Part shown: one piece after another, positions 1 through 11,989 of the stretch
How the letters are laid out: each line of letters begins with the position of its first letter
Position numbering within the stretch: position 1 is the stretch's first letter
NCBI RefSeq assembly: GCF_001194135.2
Contig: NC_068986.1
Coordinates: 84,133,606 to 84,175,649 of the forward strand
Direction of reading: 5' to 3'
From: Octopus bimaculoides
Taxonomy: Eukaryota
Length of the DNA: 42,044 nt
Made by a program: the position numbers and the translations under genes
Notes under the pieces: generated by a model
The model's input: only the letters and a program-made list of their open reading frames with translations
The model's database searches: none
What the model was told of the DNA's origin: nothing

Positions 1-279
1 TATATATATATATATATATGTATATGTATATATGAACTGTATTATTTACATTCATGATAGATAACATTCCACTATAATCGTTTGTTATATGGGAAGGAAT
101 GTAAGCGAGCGAGTTCTGATGAGCCATAACGATCTGAAGTTGTTATGTTTCACTCAGTCATCTATCAAAATATGTCATTGTCTCAAAACAAAATGAAACC
201 TAATAATGGTGGTGGGATCTCCGTCTTTCGACGATGAGGATTCATTTGTTCTATTGATTGAATTATCTGCGATTGAATT

Positions 280-560
280 AAATGTAAGTGGCCGAACATT
301 CACAGAGAAGTGTAACTTTAACATATTTTTTTAAGGCAGTTTCAGCGTAACACAGCGAATGAAAAGACTGTACCCTTTGGATGACTGGTACAGTTCACTC
401 AACAGGTTTCTCTACAGTTTCCTTTAGCCCAATTTCAATCACAACGTATGAGGTAAGGGTGACTCGAGGCTATAAGGAATTACACTTGTTCAAGACCTCA
501 CGCAATGAGATGTAACCTGGGGCTTAGTAGTTGCGGAGTTCACTTCTTTTGCATACAGCC
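280..560 (-). mobile_element. Degenerate composite SINE (family B head with family C-type tail)
   Basis: Reverse-complement similarity to 33851-33985 and 36512-36569. Confidence 0.5.
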
Positions 561-2313
561 ATATTGCGCTAAAACACTGAAGCAATATAATCTAATTAAA
601 TATTCAGATATTTAGCCGTAGAGCTTAGTTATTTAAAAGTATTTTCTTTTGTCCAAGAAGAAGACTTCATAGCGTTAAAAAATATAAATTTGTGATGCTG
701 TAGCGTTAATTCTATCCTTAAACGCATTAAAGGTATTAGGGAAATGCTAATTAAATTGATAAAGGAATCTGTATTTCAGACTAGTGGTGGTTTCCTCTGC
801 TTTCTTCTATATAGTTCACCGACCATATAACATTTTATTTCCAAAACTACGCGTCCTGTTGTAGAGAGGATACTGGATTGTATGGTGTTTATCCTTGTTT
901 TAAGGATATATCAAGATGTAGATAGCATCAAAGTTAATCAGTTGAATATTCTTTTTTTATTTTGGTTCAGTTGATGTTCTCCCAGAAATAGAATTATTTT
1001 ACCTCAGAGGTAAAACAACAACAGCAAAAACAACAGAACCCCCTCCTCACAGAACTACACATCTACCATTTTCTTTGGCACGTAATACAATCCGCTTTTC
1101 ACGAGTGGTCAACTCCTTTAAGACGGTTTGTCTAATCTTCACAGATTAAATCTATTTTCTTCCACACCTAAAAAGTAACGGAAACTTAATTATGGCCACT
1201 GTTTAGTAGAAAAGTAGCAACTAGTTGTTTTGTTATTTTGCCAAGAAAGAAGTGGATGCCTACCAGCTAGAGAAGTGGGTGTCTGCCTGGTGGAGATTCA
1301 TTTGTTTTCTGCTACTCCGTAGGATCAACATGGATGTGTCTGTGTGTCTGTATGTAGAAGTTAACGGTGAGTGGGTTGAGCAGAACCTCGGAATTTACAC
1401 GCACAATGACGTAATCACTCACCGAACAGACAATGGGAGTAATAACACAAAACATGATGGGCATGATGACGATGGTGATGGTGATGGTGGTGGTAGTGAT
1501 GATGATTAGTATGATGTTGGCGTTGTTTAGCTAAAGGGCAGCCGAACCGATCAGAGCTATAATCAAAGTTATTCCAGCCGTGCCCATCTCGTTTATTTAT
1601 CATTATTATCCAACATTTGGTAGTTTCAGGCAAATTTCTACTGCATCACCTGCTACACCGCCATGTTTCTGAAATGTGTGCAACATTGTGTGTTCTTTTT
1701 TGTTGTTGGGAGTGTGCGATCTCTTCCCGGTATTGTATTGCGTCAGTTTGTTTTGCTATGAGGTCTCGTTTCAGTCTTTTGTTTGTATTAGTGTTTGTAT
1801 TAGATTGTATTGAGTAATGTGAGCTGTGTTCTTCTGTTGGGTATCCGGCCTCTCATCCTCCTTACTGCTGCTGCTGCTGCTCCTTCTCCGCCTTAAATTT
1901 GTATACGATTGCATTAACTAACGTGTCGTTTCCTGTTTTGAAGACGACGGATGGGAGTGATTTGAGACATATGACAACTATTTCTTTTAGCTGGAGACTC
2001 GGATACTACTTAGAAGCTCCCTCATTGCTTTGATAACGACGACGACGATGTCAATGATGAAGATGGTGACAATCGCGATGATGGATGTGATATTGGTGAT
2101 GATAACTATAGCACTGATAGACCTAACCGTTTAGCATTTAAACGATCATATTCGGCCCAAATATTCTATCTGTTTTATGATCAAACTGGCTAGATCCAGC
2201 CTCTCACATCTGGTTGACAATGTCATTCTAAAACTAACCAATCACATCATTGAAATCTCAAAGCTGTGAGACAATGCCTTATGTCTTTAAAAGAATCTGA
2301 ATAAATAAGCATT

Positions 2314-2629
2314 TTCTAACTAGTTACTTTGCTTGTTGCAAGATCAGAGACTGAATGTCACATGATTTTCTATATATTGTGAACTGGAGCGAATTCTTGC
2401 TATATCTAGCAGCCGAGTGTTCACCACTGACGATGGGCACAAATAACCCGAAACCGTTCGATCTGATGATCCTGTCGTCTGCTAGAAGATTGTAGGAGTT
2501 CGCTCCCCTGCTTGCAATATATACCGGGTGCAGATTGCATCGATAACCAGTTGAAGGAGGCTCTTCTTGGGGTTAAAAACGGTAGTAACGTTGAATAGCT
2601 ATATTTATGTGGCGATAAACATTACTTCC
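2314..2629 (+). mobile_element. Nested insertion, probably a Penelope-like terminal fragment
   Basis: Flanked by aaataagcatt / aaatacgcatt (11 bp, 1 mismatch) and carries a hammerhead motif. Confidence 0.45.
2421..2469 (+). ncRNA. Type I hammerhead ribozyme motif, slightly degenerate
   Basis: UCACCA-CUGACGA-U-GGG-CACAAAUAA-CCC-GAAAC-CG-UU-CG-AUC|UGAUGA. Stem I pairs 5/6, stem II 3 bp, stem III has a C.A mismatch at 15.2/16.2. Confidence 0.6.
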
Positions 2630-3199
2630 AAATACGCATTACATTTGACAACATAATCTGAACGCTAAAGAGTTAAAGATGATAATATTGATGTCAATCA
2701 TAATGACGACGAAGAAGATGGATTAGAAGAGTGACTAATAGAAATAAAACCATAAATAAAAGGTGGGGGTAGAATTATGCTAATGAAGATATTTGTCAGT
2801 GGTATCTATTATTAGAATACCCCCACGGCAGCAATAGTCATCCCACACACCTTCCTAATTGTGGGGTGGTACTGTGTCGGTGAACTGGGTGTGCCTGGTA
2901 GTAATCAGTGAATAGCATGGTGGGTTGAACTATATGTTCAATGTAGAGATGTTGGCAATATTGTTATCTACATTCACGGATATATTACTTTACATATACA
3001 CACCTGTATGTAAATACCTCACCCCAACATATATACATGTGCATAAAACACACATACACGTACATATATACATATGGATACACATACATTTGCAATCTTT
3101 ATATAAACTTTTTCTCACTCTTTCTCTCATTTTCTCTAAAGAACAAGATTATAAATGCGCGCTGTAAAATTTATTTATCAGATCATAATAAAAATGGAC

Positions 3200-3890
3200 C
3201 AGCTTACTCAGAAGATAGTACAGGGGTACTTGGCACGAAAGACACAAACCACGAAAGGGATTTATCATGTCAGAAGCTGGGCATAGAGTACCGACGAGTT
3301 GGTGACATCCCGCTACGAAGGCTACCTCCATGCAATTCATGCAATTCATGAACAAGAGATCTCCGCCAAGTACCTACAGCACAAAAGGCAAAAAATATTG
3401 ACAGACAACAAACGTAGTCTGAGCAAATCCAAGACCGAAGACATCAACTACCTTATTGCCACCTGAGAGAGGATGTCTTCCATATATTATCTTCGAATGA
3501 GGCGTGATGGGGTAGCCAGAACAGTGAGGAACAGGATAATAAAGAAAGAAAACACCCACAATCAAAGTTGACTCTATTAAAACCGATCGGTCAAAAGAAT
3601 AGTGGTAAAACATAAAAGTTAAAACACATCTGGCCAGATATTGTTGTGTGGAACAACAAGGAACAGATATGTTCCGTTGTGGATATCAGCTGTCCTCTGG
3701 ACCCAGTGTGGTTCGAGAAATACAAGAGGAAGAAGACATCTATGAACCATTGATAAGGAGTTTACAAATCCCGTACCCAAGGTAGATTTTCAAATTCAGA
3801 TATATCATTACTGGGACAACACATCTGGAATAATTATAGCTGAATTTGGGATATTGGGGAGAGAACACAAAACCTCAATTCGTACTCTAA
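3200..3890 (+). mobile_element. Decayed RLE-type non-LTR retrotransposon (R4/Dong-like), zinc-knuckle plus endonuclease region
   Basis: Translates to TSRYEGYLHAI..EQEISAKYL..KR..DNK..EDINYLIAT*ERMSSIYYLRMRRDGVA, then WPDIVVWNNKEQICSVVDISCPLD (PD..D motif). Contains stops and frameshifts. Confidence 0.8.
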
Positions 3891-3892
3891 AT

Positions 3893-4140
3893 GAGTGGAG
3901 GCGGGCGGCTTAGTGCTTAGGGGTGTTGGACTCATGATCGTCAGATTGTGGTTTTAATTCCTGGACCTGGCGACGTGTTGTGTTCTTGAGCCAAACACGT
4001 AATTTCACGTTGTTCCTGTCCCCTCAGCTGGCAAAAATGATTACTCTTGTGCCAGACTGGCGTCCTGACCAAGTGGGGAATTTATACGCCATAAAACCGG
4101 GAAACCGGCCCTTATAAGTCGGCATGATTCGAGAATGTAA
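3893..4140 (+). mobile_element. tRNA-derived SINE family C
   Basis: A-box-like ggcttagtgctta, degenerate B box, ttgtgttcttgagc core. A related copy lies at 16197-16340 (+) and a tail fragment at 36512-36569 (-). Confidence 0.65.
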
Positions 4141-4301
4141 CTTTTTTACACTATAAATAATCGAGATATCTGAGACTGTAAAAATATGCAAGATTTTCTT
4201 CAGATTTAAATGATGAATATCAAAACAAGATGCTCTCCTTCATAACCTTGCTATCAAGCAGGTGGCCGGTCAATATTCATTCTAAATTAAAAAGAGGAAA
4301 G

Positions 4302-4334
<33 letters not shown>

Positions 4335-5155
4335 AATACGAATATATAATTACTCTCGACATCAGATAAATATGTTGGGGTTAAAATGATAATAGATTCT
4401 AGAAGAAGGCTCGCAAGACGAAGACATTTCAGTTTATAATTTTTTTAAAGAATTTTCGATTTCCTTGTAAAGTTGCTGGGTCTTAATATGTCACGGTTCC
4501 CCCCCCCCCCTGAAAGTATAGTTTGGGCAACAATTATATAGCGTATTGCTAATGGCGCCTGTTCACGGGTAACTTATATATAGTTATATGTTGACTAGGC
4601 AACCCAATATAGTGTGTTGAAATTTATTTTATATACTGAAAATTACATAGTTATGAAAAGAAAGGAAAAAAACTTTTGCGTTAATGAAACTTATTTTCAA
4701 AAGGAAAAGGGACAGCATTCAGGAATTAATAGGAGATGCAGGAAGGTTTGGTAACAAGGAGACAAATTCATACATTATTCGAGTTTATAATGAGGTCCTT
4801 AGAATTAAAAAAATGTACTAATGAGAAGGTTTTGAGATGCATATTATTTTTGTTATGAAAATATTTCACTGATTACATAATTTGAAATATCAGCATAGAA
4901 AAATTTCCCAAGAGCACATTCTCTATGGGGAACATGTGTTTAAGAGCGTAATGGCAGTTAATGTTAATGTAGCAGTTAATAGGAGTTGATGTTAATGTAG
5001 TTGAGCTAAAAATGAATTTTAATGAGCTCATATTAAACACACAATTAGATTTAATGCTTATGAAAATTGCTTTCATGAGGATAAGTATAGGAACTGCGGA
5101 GTTTATATTGACAAAAGTTGAGTGTCAGTCTCACCTTTAGTAGCTATGGTGACAA

Positions 5156-5156
<1 letters not shown>

Positions 5157-5205
<49 letters not shown>

Positions 5206-5321
5206 TTATCTATCTATCTATTTATCCATCTATCTATCTACCTGACTGTGTGTGTGTGTGTATATATATATACATATATACGCATATGTACATACACATA
5301 CTCATACTCACATGCATATAT

Positions 5322-5408
<87 letters not shown>

Positions 5409-5500
5409 TATGTGTGTATGTGTTTGTACGTGAGTTTGTACGTGTGCACATATATGTATATGTACACACGTGTGTACGTATGTATATATACACGTATATA
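5157..5500. repeat. Compound (CTAT)n/(TG)n/(TA)n microsatellite
   Basis: Direct reading. Similar compound tracts at 1-33, 4304-4331, 6777-7090, 14280-14700, 15410-15478, 16110-16162, 17880-18310, 22112-22345, 23088-23143, 25445-25703, 36395-36510, 37547-37623, 37958-38340 and 41365-41710. Confidence 0.97.
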
Positions 5501-5656
5501 CAAGCACACACACATCCGCTCGCGCTCAGACATAAGCGCTCACTCACTTTTTCTTTCTCTCTTTCTATCACACACGCACACATATACATCTTAAAATTTA
5601 TCGAACATTGTTCGTAGACAGATCGAATACTGATCGTAATCTGATCAAACACTTAC

Positions 5657-5705
5657 TGTGGACTGGACTGATCAAATAATTATCATAAAACCAACCGTAA
5701 ATTGG
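5657..5705 (-). CDS. Weak candidate exon 5 (PIYGWFYDNYLISPVH)
   Basis: Acceptor cctgcag|CCA (phase 0) and donor CACA|gtaagt with a perfect intronic hexamer. Short enough that chance cannot be excluded. Confidence 0.3.
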
Positions 5706-5821
5706 CTGCAGGCTGATCGAAGACTAACTATAGGGTGATCGCAGCTGTCGCTCAGTGAAGGGATGTTTTTAATTTGCATAATTTGCAAATAGTTGTGCTT
5801 TATAGAAAGGTAAAATAATGC

Positions 5822-6014
5822 TTTCAAATTTTGCCACAAAGGCAGCTGCTTTTTTTTGGCGTGGGGGAGGGGGTAAGTCGATTATATCGACCCCAGTGTT
5901 TAACTGGTACTTATTTTATCGACCCCGGCGGAATTGAACTCAGAACGTAACAACGGGCGAAATACCACTTAGCATTTCGTCCAGCGCGCTAACGATTCTG
6001 CCAGCTCGCTGCCT
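5822..6014 (-). mobile_element. SINE family A copy with an internal deletion
   Basis: Reverse-complement match to 12312-12525. Confidence 0.85.
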
Positions 6015-6033
6015 TAGAGAGAGGTAAAATAAT

Positions 6034-6166
6034 TCTTTCTGCGATAGGTATAAGGCCTGCAATTTGGTGGGGGACGGGACCACTCGATTATATCAACTCC
6101 AGTGTTTCACTGGTACTTACTTTATCGACCCCGAAAGGATAAAAGGTAAAGTCGACCTCAGCGGAA
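6034..6166 (-). mobile_element. SINE family A, 5'-truncated
   Basis: Reverse-complement match to the 3' two-thirds, with a 19-bp TSD. Confidence 0.85.
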
Positions 6167-6274
6167 TAGAGAGAGGTAAAATAATAAACGATGTCAGAGG
6201 TATAAGAATTCCAGTTATAAAAACTGAGTTGAGTGTCTTCACAGCTCTCACGGGAAATATTTTTCGCTTTTAAG

Positions 6275-6420
6275 TTTGGTAAATAGGCTGTCTGTCTCTT
6301 TTACCGAACAGCTATGTTACAGGGACGCAAACAAAACGGCAGCGGTGTGTAAGTGGGTGGGTTGCGGTGGTGGTGGTATGATAGGTAAACAGAAAGCTAA
6401 AGACATATAACAAGCACGCA
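6275..6420 (-). mobile_element. SINE family B, 3' part, degenerate
   Basis: Reverse-complement similarity to 37051-37150. Confidence 0.55.
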
Positions 6421-6772
6421 TATGTATGTTTATGTCTATGTGCATATATTTATACCTACATGTTTATATATATATGCATATATANNNNNNNNNNNNNNNN
6501 NNNNNNNNNNNNNNNNNNNNNNNNNNNNNNNNNNNNNNNNNNNNNNNNNNNNNNNNNNNNNNNNNNNNNNNNNNNNNNNNNNNNNNNNNNNNNNNNNNNN
6601 NNNNNNNNNNNNNNNNNNNNNNNNNNNNNNNNNNNNNNNNNNNNNNNNNNNNNNNNNNNNNNNNNNNNNNNNNNNNNNNNNNNNNNNNNNNNNNNNNNNN
6701 NNNNNNNNNNNCTAAAAGCAACAGTAACATCCACCCCTAGGGGTCAGCCACACTTAAGTGGCAATATACTGC

Positions 6773-6817
<45 letters not shown>

Positions 6818-7159
6818 ATATATATACATATATATATATATATGTATCTATATATATATGTATATGCATATATGTATATATATACGCACATATATGTATG
6901 TGTATATATGTGTGTGTTTGTGTATGTATATATATGTGTGCGTATATATATGTGTGTGTGTATGTATATAAGTATATATATATATATATATATATACATA
7001 CACACATACATACATATATGTATATATATATAACAGACACAAACATATGCGTCATGTTTGTGTGAGTGCATGTGTGCGTGTGTATGTTTGTGCGCGTGCA
7101 TTCGCACTGAGCATGTGTACAATGTGCTGCTGCTGCTGAAGATTATTATCAGTAATTAC

Positions 7160-7294
7160 AGTATATTGGGAACGTTCCAAATCAGCTTTGATCCTCCTCA
7201 ACGCTGGTGACGTTGTTCCTGTTATATTTGTAGACAAATCAATAGTAGAAGGTCGTCCAGCCACTAGTCGACCCATATTTTTCATGGCAGTCAA
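7160..7294 (-). CDS. Candidate coding exon 4 (LTAMKNMGRLVAGRPSTIDLSTNITGTTSPALRRIKADLERSQYT); may instead read on to the stop at 7052
   Basis: Acceptor actcatgcag|TTG, phase 0. Island of complex open sequence between microsatellites (inside ORF 7052..7300). Possible donor ACT|gtaatt. Confidence 0.5.
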
Positions 7295-8299
7295 CTGCAT
7301 GAGTGTGTATCAGTTTAACTATGCATGTGTGGATATTTCTTTGCGGCTCTGTTCACGTGTGCACATAAACATATGTGTGTGAATGCCCGCGTGTATGTAC
7401 TTCTTTGAGGACTCACACGCGTGTACACACACGTGTGTGTATTTGTGTGCTATGTGTGTTTGTGCATGTAAATTTGGTTTATGTTACGTGGGTGCCTGTG
7501 CGGATTCTACGAGTATGTCTTTCAAATTATGACTGAAAGAAATAAACCTTGTGATCTAATGCATGTTTTTATGGGAAGAAACTATTAGTGACAATTACTG
7601 CATTTTCACTACATTATATATTATATTCATTTTAGAGTGCTCCTTTGTACGGAGTGTTATATATTTTGCATACAGTTATGAAACATTATAAACAATATAT
7701 ATATATGCGTGTGTATATATATATATATTATGTGTATTTCTTCTATCTTAATGAATAAAAATTCTTCTGATAGAATAAATGGGTTAATAGAAACCAATGT
7801 AGCAAAGAACACAAAATAACTGTGGTTTAGTTCCTGTTTTTAAGGCAGGAACTCCTTGAAATTTTGGGTATTTGAGTATATTTAAGAATTTAAGGAATGG
7901 AGAAAACGCATGTTATAATTGCATACTCTATTCCTACATATGTTTCAAAGGATAACAACCTGTGTGGTTTTCTCCATTCCTTAAATTCTTAAATATNNNN
8001 NNNNNNNNNNNNNNNNNNNNNNNNNNNNNNNNNNNNNNNNNNNNNNNNNNNNNNNNNNNNNNNNNNNNNNNNNNNNNNNNNNNNNNNNNNNNNNNNNNNN
8101 NNNNNNNNNNNNNNNNNNNNNNNNNNNNNNNNNNNNNNNNNNNNNNNNNNNNNNNNNNNNNNNNNNNNNNNNNNNNNNNNNNNNNNNNNNNNNNNNNNNN
8201 NNNNNNNNNNNNNNNNNNNNNNNNNNNNNNNNNNNNNNNNNNNNTATATATATATATATATATATATATGCATGTATGTATGTATATATGTAATTATGA

Positions 8300-8795
8300 A
8301 AGGTTATGTAGAGTTGCAACAGTTGAGCATCAAGTTTGAAAATAAAACTAAACCAGTCACATGACGGCTAGTAATCCGAAGCGTAGAGAAAACAGTTAAC
8401 ATTTTCGTATGAACATCAATATGTATCGTCTGTTCTATTTTTAATTATCTGAAGTCTTTCTGTAAGGAAAGAGATGGTCGTCTCTAGCAAAAACACGTTG
8501 TTCCGTTGTTCGAATGTAGATACGGAAATCAATGTTACATTTTGAACTAGGGAAAAATCTCGCATATATTTAGTGTTCTGCTTCTAGATTTTATTAGTTA
8601 TGTGCATGTTAGTTGACTGATTTCTTTTTCTGAAAGCCTCAACTTTTCCAGATTGTCACGGAGGCCTTTACTAACAACAGGCGCACGAATTACTGGTATA
8701 AATGCTAATTTATAATCTGGGTACAGAAGTTGAAGTGTTCGAAAGAGTTGTTCGTAGTTATCCTTTTTCTCTTTTATCTTCACCTTCCTCACATT
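8300..8795 (-). mobile_element. 3' fragment of an RLE-type LINE, related to 3200-3890
   Basis: KEKKDNYEQLFRTLQLLYPDYKLAFIPVI resembles IYEPLIRSLQIPYP..FKF at ~3740-3810. Confidence 0.7.
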
Positions 8796-8865
8796 TTCTC
8801 TTAATTAATTAATTAATTAATCAATTTATTTATTTATTTTGTGTATATATACACACATACACATG

Positions 8866-8899
<34 letters not shown>

Positions 8900-8920
8900 T
8901 ATTATTATTATTATTATTAT

Positions 8921-9121
8921 CACGTGATGAAAAGTCACAGCTTATTTTGCTGGATATGATGGAAAGTGTCAGCTATCCACAGCCAGCGGACTAAGGTGAC
9001 ACTTGTTTACTGGTCATGCTTCAAGAACCCTGCGAAGAATTCTTGTAGTTCTATGTTCACACTTGCACCAATCTTTTTCAGCCATGCTGGGAGTTGAGTG
9101 CTGATACTTACAAGTGCACCA
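8921..9121 (-). mobile_element. 5'-truncated R4/Dong-like LINE end
   Basis: IGALVSISTQLPAWLKKIG and, in a second frame, RILRRVLEA*, typical of RLE C-termini. (TAA)n lies on both sides. Confidence 0.7.
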
Positions 9122-9205
<84 letters not shown>

Positions 9206-11598
9206 GTATATATAGACATGCATATTATGTGAGTTTGAGTGAGTGAGTGAGTGTGTGTGTGTGTGGGTGGGGGGGTTAAAGAATTACGAGCATCAGGTAA
9301 TTCTTTCTAAAAAGCAATTCAGAAAACTTTACAAGAAGAATAAGTAGAATCAAATAGAGAATTGAAGTGTTCAATGTTTATTACTTAAACACAGATTTTA
9401 TATCAAGTTTTCCAATAATGTTATAAACAAACGCTAAAGCTTGCTCGCGTAGACACATGTACTGTCATATAGATGCATTTTAACTGTTTAACGAGTGTAT
9501 TGTTTACAATGCGAAACTGATATCTATTATGAGGTTTACGGCCTAAATTAGTTGTAAACAATAGGATATTGTTTCCTTATAACTGATTCTAAATCTACAG
9601 GGCCACGCTCTACAGTACATCTATTTAATCTCCTGTCCAGAGATTAGTTGACACGTATTAAACCTCTCACCCTGCATGATCAGTGATTTTCCAATGTTGC
9701 AATGACCAGGAATATCAGTAGCGGGAAGGAAAAATATTTGTTTTTATTGTAATTGCCAATCCAATTAAGAATTTGGCAAAGAAATCACCAATAAATTGCC
9801 AGCAAATTGCAATAAATTCAGGCACTTATTGACAACTGGAGGACTTAATTATCAACCACAGCTCAACATTTACATATATCACTTTAATTAATAGCAAACA
9901 AGAAATCAGATACTGTGATTTCTAAAAAAGGAATAATGTGGTTTAATTCTCCCTAATTGAGGATTTGGCAAGGGACTTATTGCTCCGTATTTCGTTCAAA
10001 ATGAAAATAAAATGAACCAAAACAATTTGCCTTTTTTTGTTTCGCATTTCAATATTTTCTTTTCCCGTACTGTTTCTTTACATTGAGATATGGCCGTACT
10101 CGGTCCACCGTGTACATAATATTTTGATGATGTAGCCAGTTATTCAGTTGCTCAAGTGATTTCACTCGAATATGGTAGTTTCTCTATAAGCCATACCCCT
10201 CCCACCACGACATGCATAAGTTTTAAAGGGAAGCAATTTTGATAGTGTGTGGCGCACAATTTGATTTGAGATTAATTTTGTATGTGTGTATGTGTGTCCG
10301 TACGTGTGTGTTTTCCCTTGTGCATGTTTGTTGTTTTGCATGTGGATGTGTATGTGTGTGCGCAAGCGTATGTCCTGTGTTGTGTTTTTTATTTATAATT
10401 TCCATTCCAAGCCTAACAAATTATTCACAACGGGTATGTGTAATTCCTCAGCCATGTTAGATGTGTTCATCCGAAATCAGTTTCGATTCAAAGTTGTACT
10501 CATTTAACTTCATTTATTTCACTTTGCTTTACCAAACTGAAATTCTTGTCTCTATGGAACTAATAATTTTGTTCTGCGAAGAAGAGAAATCAGAATTTCG
10601 AACGTAGATTTCTGCCAGGTATAGGTGTGAATGTCTGCTAAAGAATTATCTTTTTCTCTGATAATCATGAAGTAGAGAAACATAAATATCTTTGCCACGA
10701 ATATCTGCCCGTCCTACCTGACCCCAACACCTCTCTCTATTCATGTGTGCAGCTGTTATTTTGCAAGGTGGCATTATTGAACACTTTATGATGCATTAAC
10801 AATGAAAGATCTAATCATAACAAGAAATGTTGTTCTTGAAACATATTTACATCAATTATATTCTAGTTGTTGTAAAGCACAAAAGATATAACTCAAAATA
10901 CCAGACTATCTTTCAAGGAGATGTAATTATGCACTACATAAAGGATCTATAAAGATTTCTTGAAAGTAATATATCGCGTGGAGTCTATACAGATCTTTTC
11001 AAAACTATTTACACAGAGAACGTGAAAGAATCTCTTTGTTCTATGTTTTCTTTAAACAATTGTTTCATGATATATTTCCAAGTACAAAATAATTCGCCGT
11101 GTATGGAGGTTATAAGTTCTCACCATATCTGCTTTGTAGGATTAAAAGAGTAATGGTACTAATGTTACCATCAATCATTTAGATAAAGCAATTCAATGAT
11201 GCTTATGTGTTTCTATTTGATCTTCTTTTACCGTTTTTTTCAACATTCAGAATGTTTTGGGAATAATTATATTTCTTATTATCAAGAATCTTACTCCTTA
11301 TATACATATCTCATGATGCCAATTTCAGCAAGGCAAGAGCATTAGTGTTTCAGAAATACATGTCAATAAAGATAAATAAAAATAAGGAATTTTTTTTATC
11401 AGTAGAAAATCGTCAATTTTGAAGGAAAACAAATGGTAGCCTAAGATATCAGTATATCTCATAAAAGTTTAGAAACAATACTGAAATGAGTTAGTTGCAA
11501 CTGAAGTTCGACGCACATTGTATTTATTATTCACCATAAAAGTATGAATCTTACAGTTATCATTAGAAAATGAATAAAACAACTATAGCACATCTTCA

Positions 11599-11900
11599 CA
11601 TGGTAGACATCTGGACTATGGTAGGTAACTTGACTGTGGGAGATATCTGTTAGATGTCTGGGTTATTTCTATGATAACAGAGATGTGTCAGAAATCTGTT
11701 TCATGATAGGCACCTGGGAGATGGTTGACCACCTAATTATAGTAGACTGGTAGACATCTGGGCATTGATAGGTATCTGGATTATGATAGATATAATTTGA
11801 GCCATCTTAGATTTTTGATATACAGTACATGTTAAACATCTGGTTATGATACACATCTGGGTTCAGAAGGTATCTAAGTTAGTAGATGTAGACAGTATAC
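11599..11900. repeat. Degenerate ~18-bp minisatellite
   Basis: Recurrent atg(g/a)tagacatctgg-like units. Confidence 0.65.
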
Positions 11901-11989
11901 AGTCACACGGAAGATTAATAAATTTAGTTCAACAGCGCCGAAGATATGCCCCTATAATAATCCACATTTCCATTTACAGTAGCGTCTAA

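Larger units (their letters stand above)
2123..2676. mobile_element. piggyBac-like non-autonomous DNA element interrupted by a nested insertion
   Basis: Imperfect TIRs taaccgtttagcatt (2124-2138) and aacgctaaagagtta (2661-2675) match at 12/15. Right end is TTAA. Confidence 0.55.

Noticed and set aside
116-210. CTGATGA followed by a small hairpin (possible hammerhead)
   Set aside because: No GAAA closes stem II, and there is no compatible NUH triplet or stem I.
1415-1633. His-rich ORFs (also 16741..17001)
   Set aside because: (GAT/GGT)n microsatellite plus a SINE tail fragment.
5118-7122. Many YI/IY/CV/HT ORFs here and throughout the window
   Set aside because: These are translations of (TA)n, (TG)n and (CTAT)n tracts and N runs.
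9740-9960. Cluster of TAAT/ATTA homeodomain-like sites
   Set aside because: Expected by chance at this AT content without conservation data.
10385-10452. Minus-strand CTGAGGA...GAAA
   Set aside because: Stem I cannot form.
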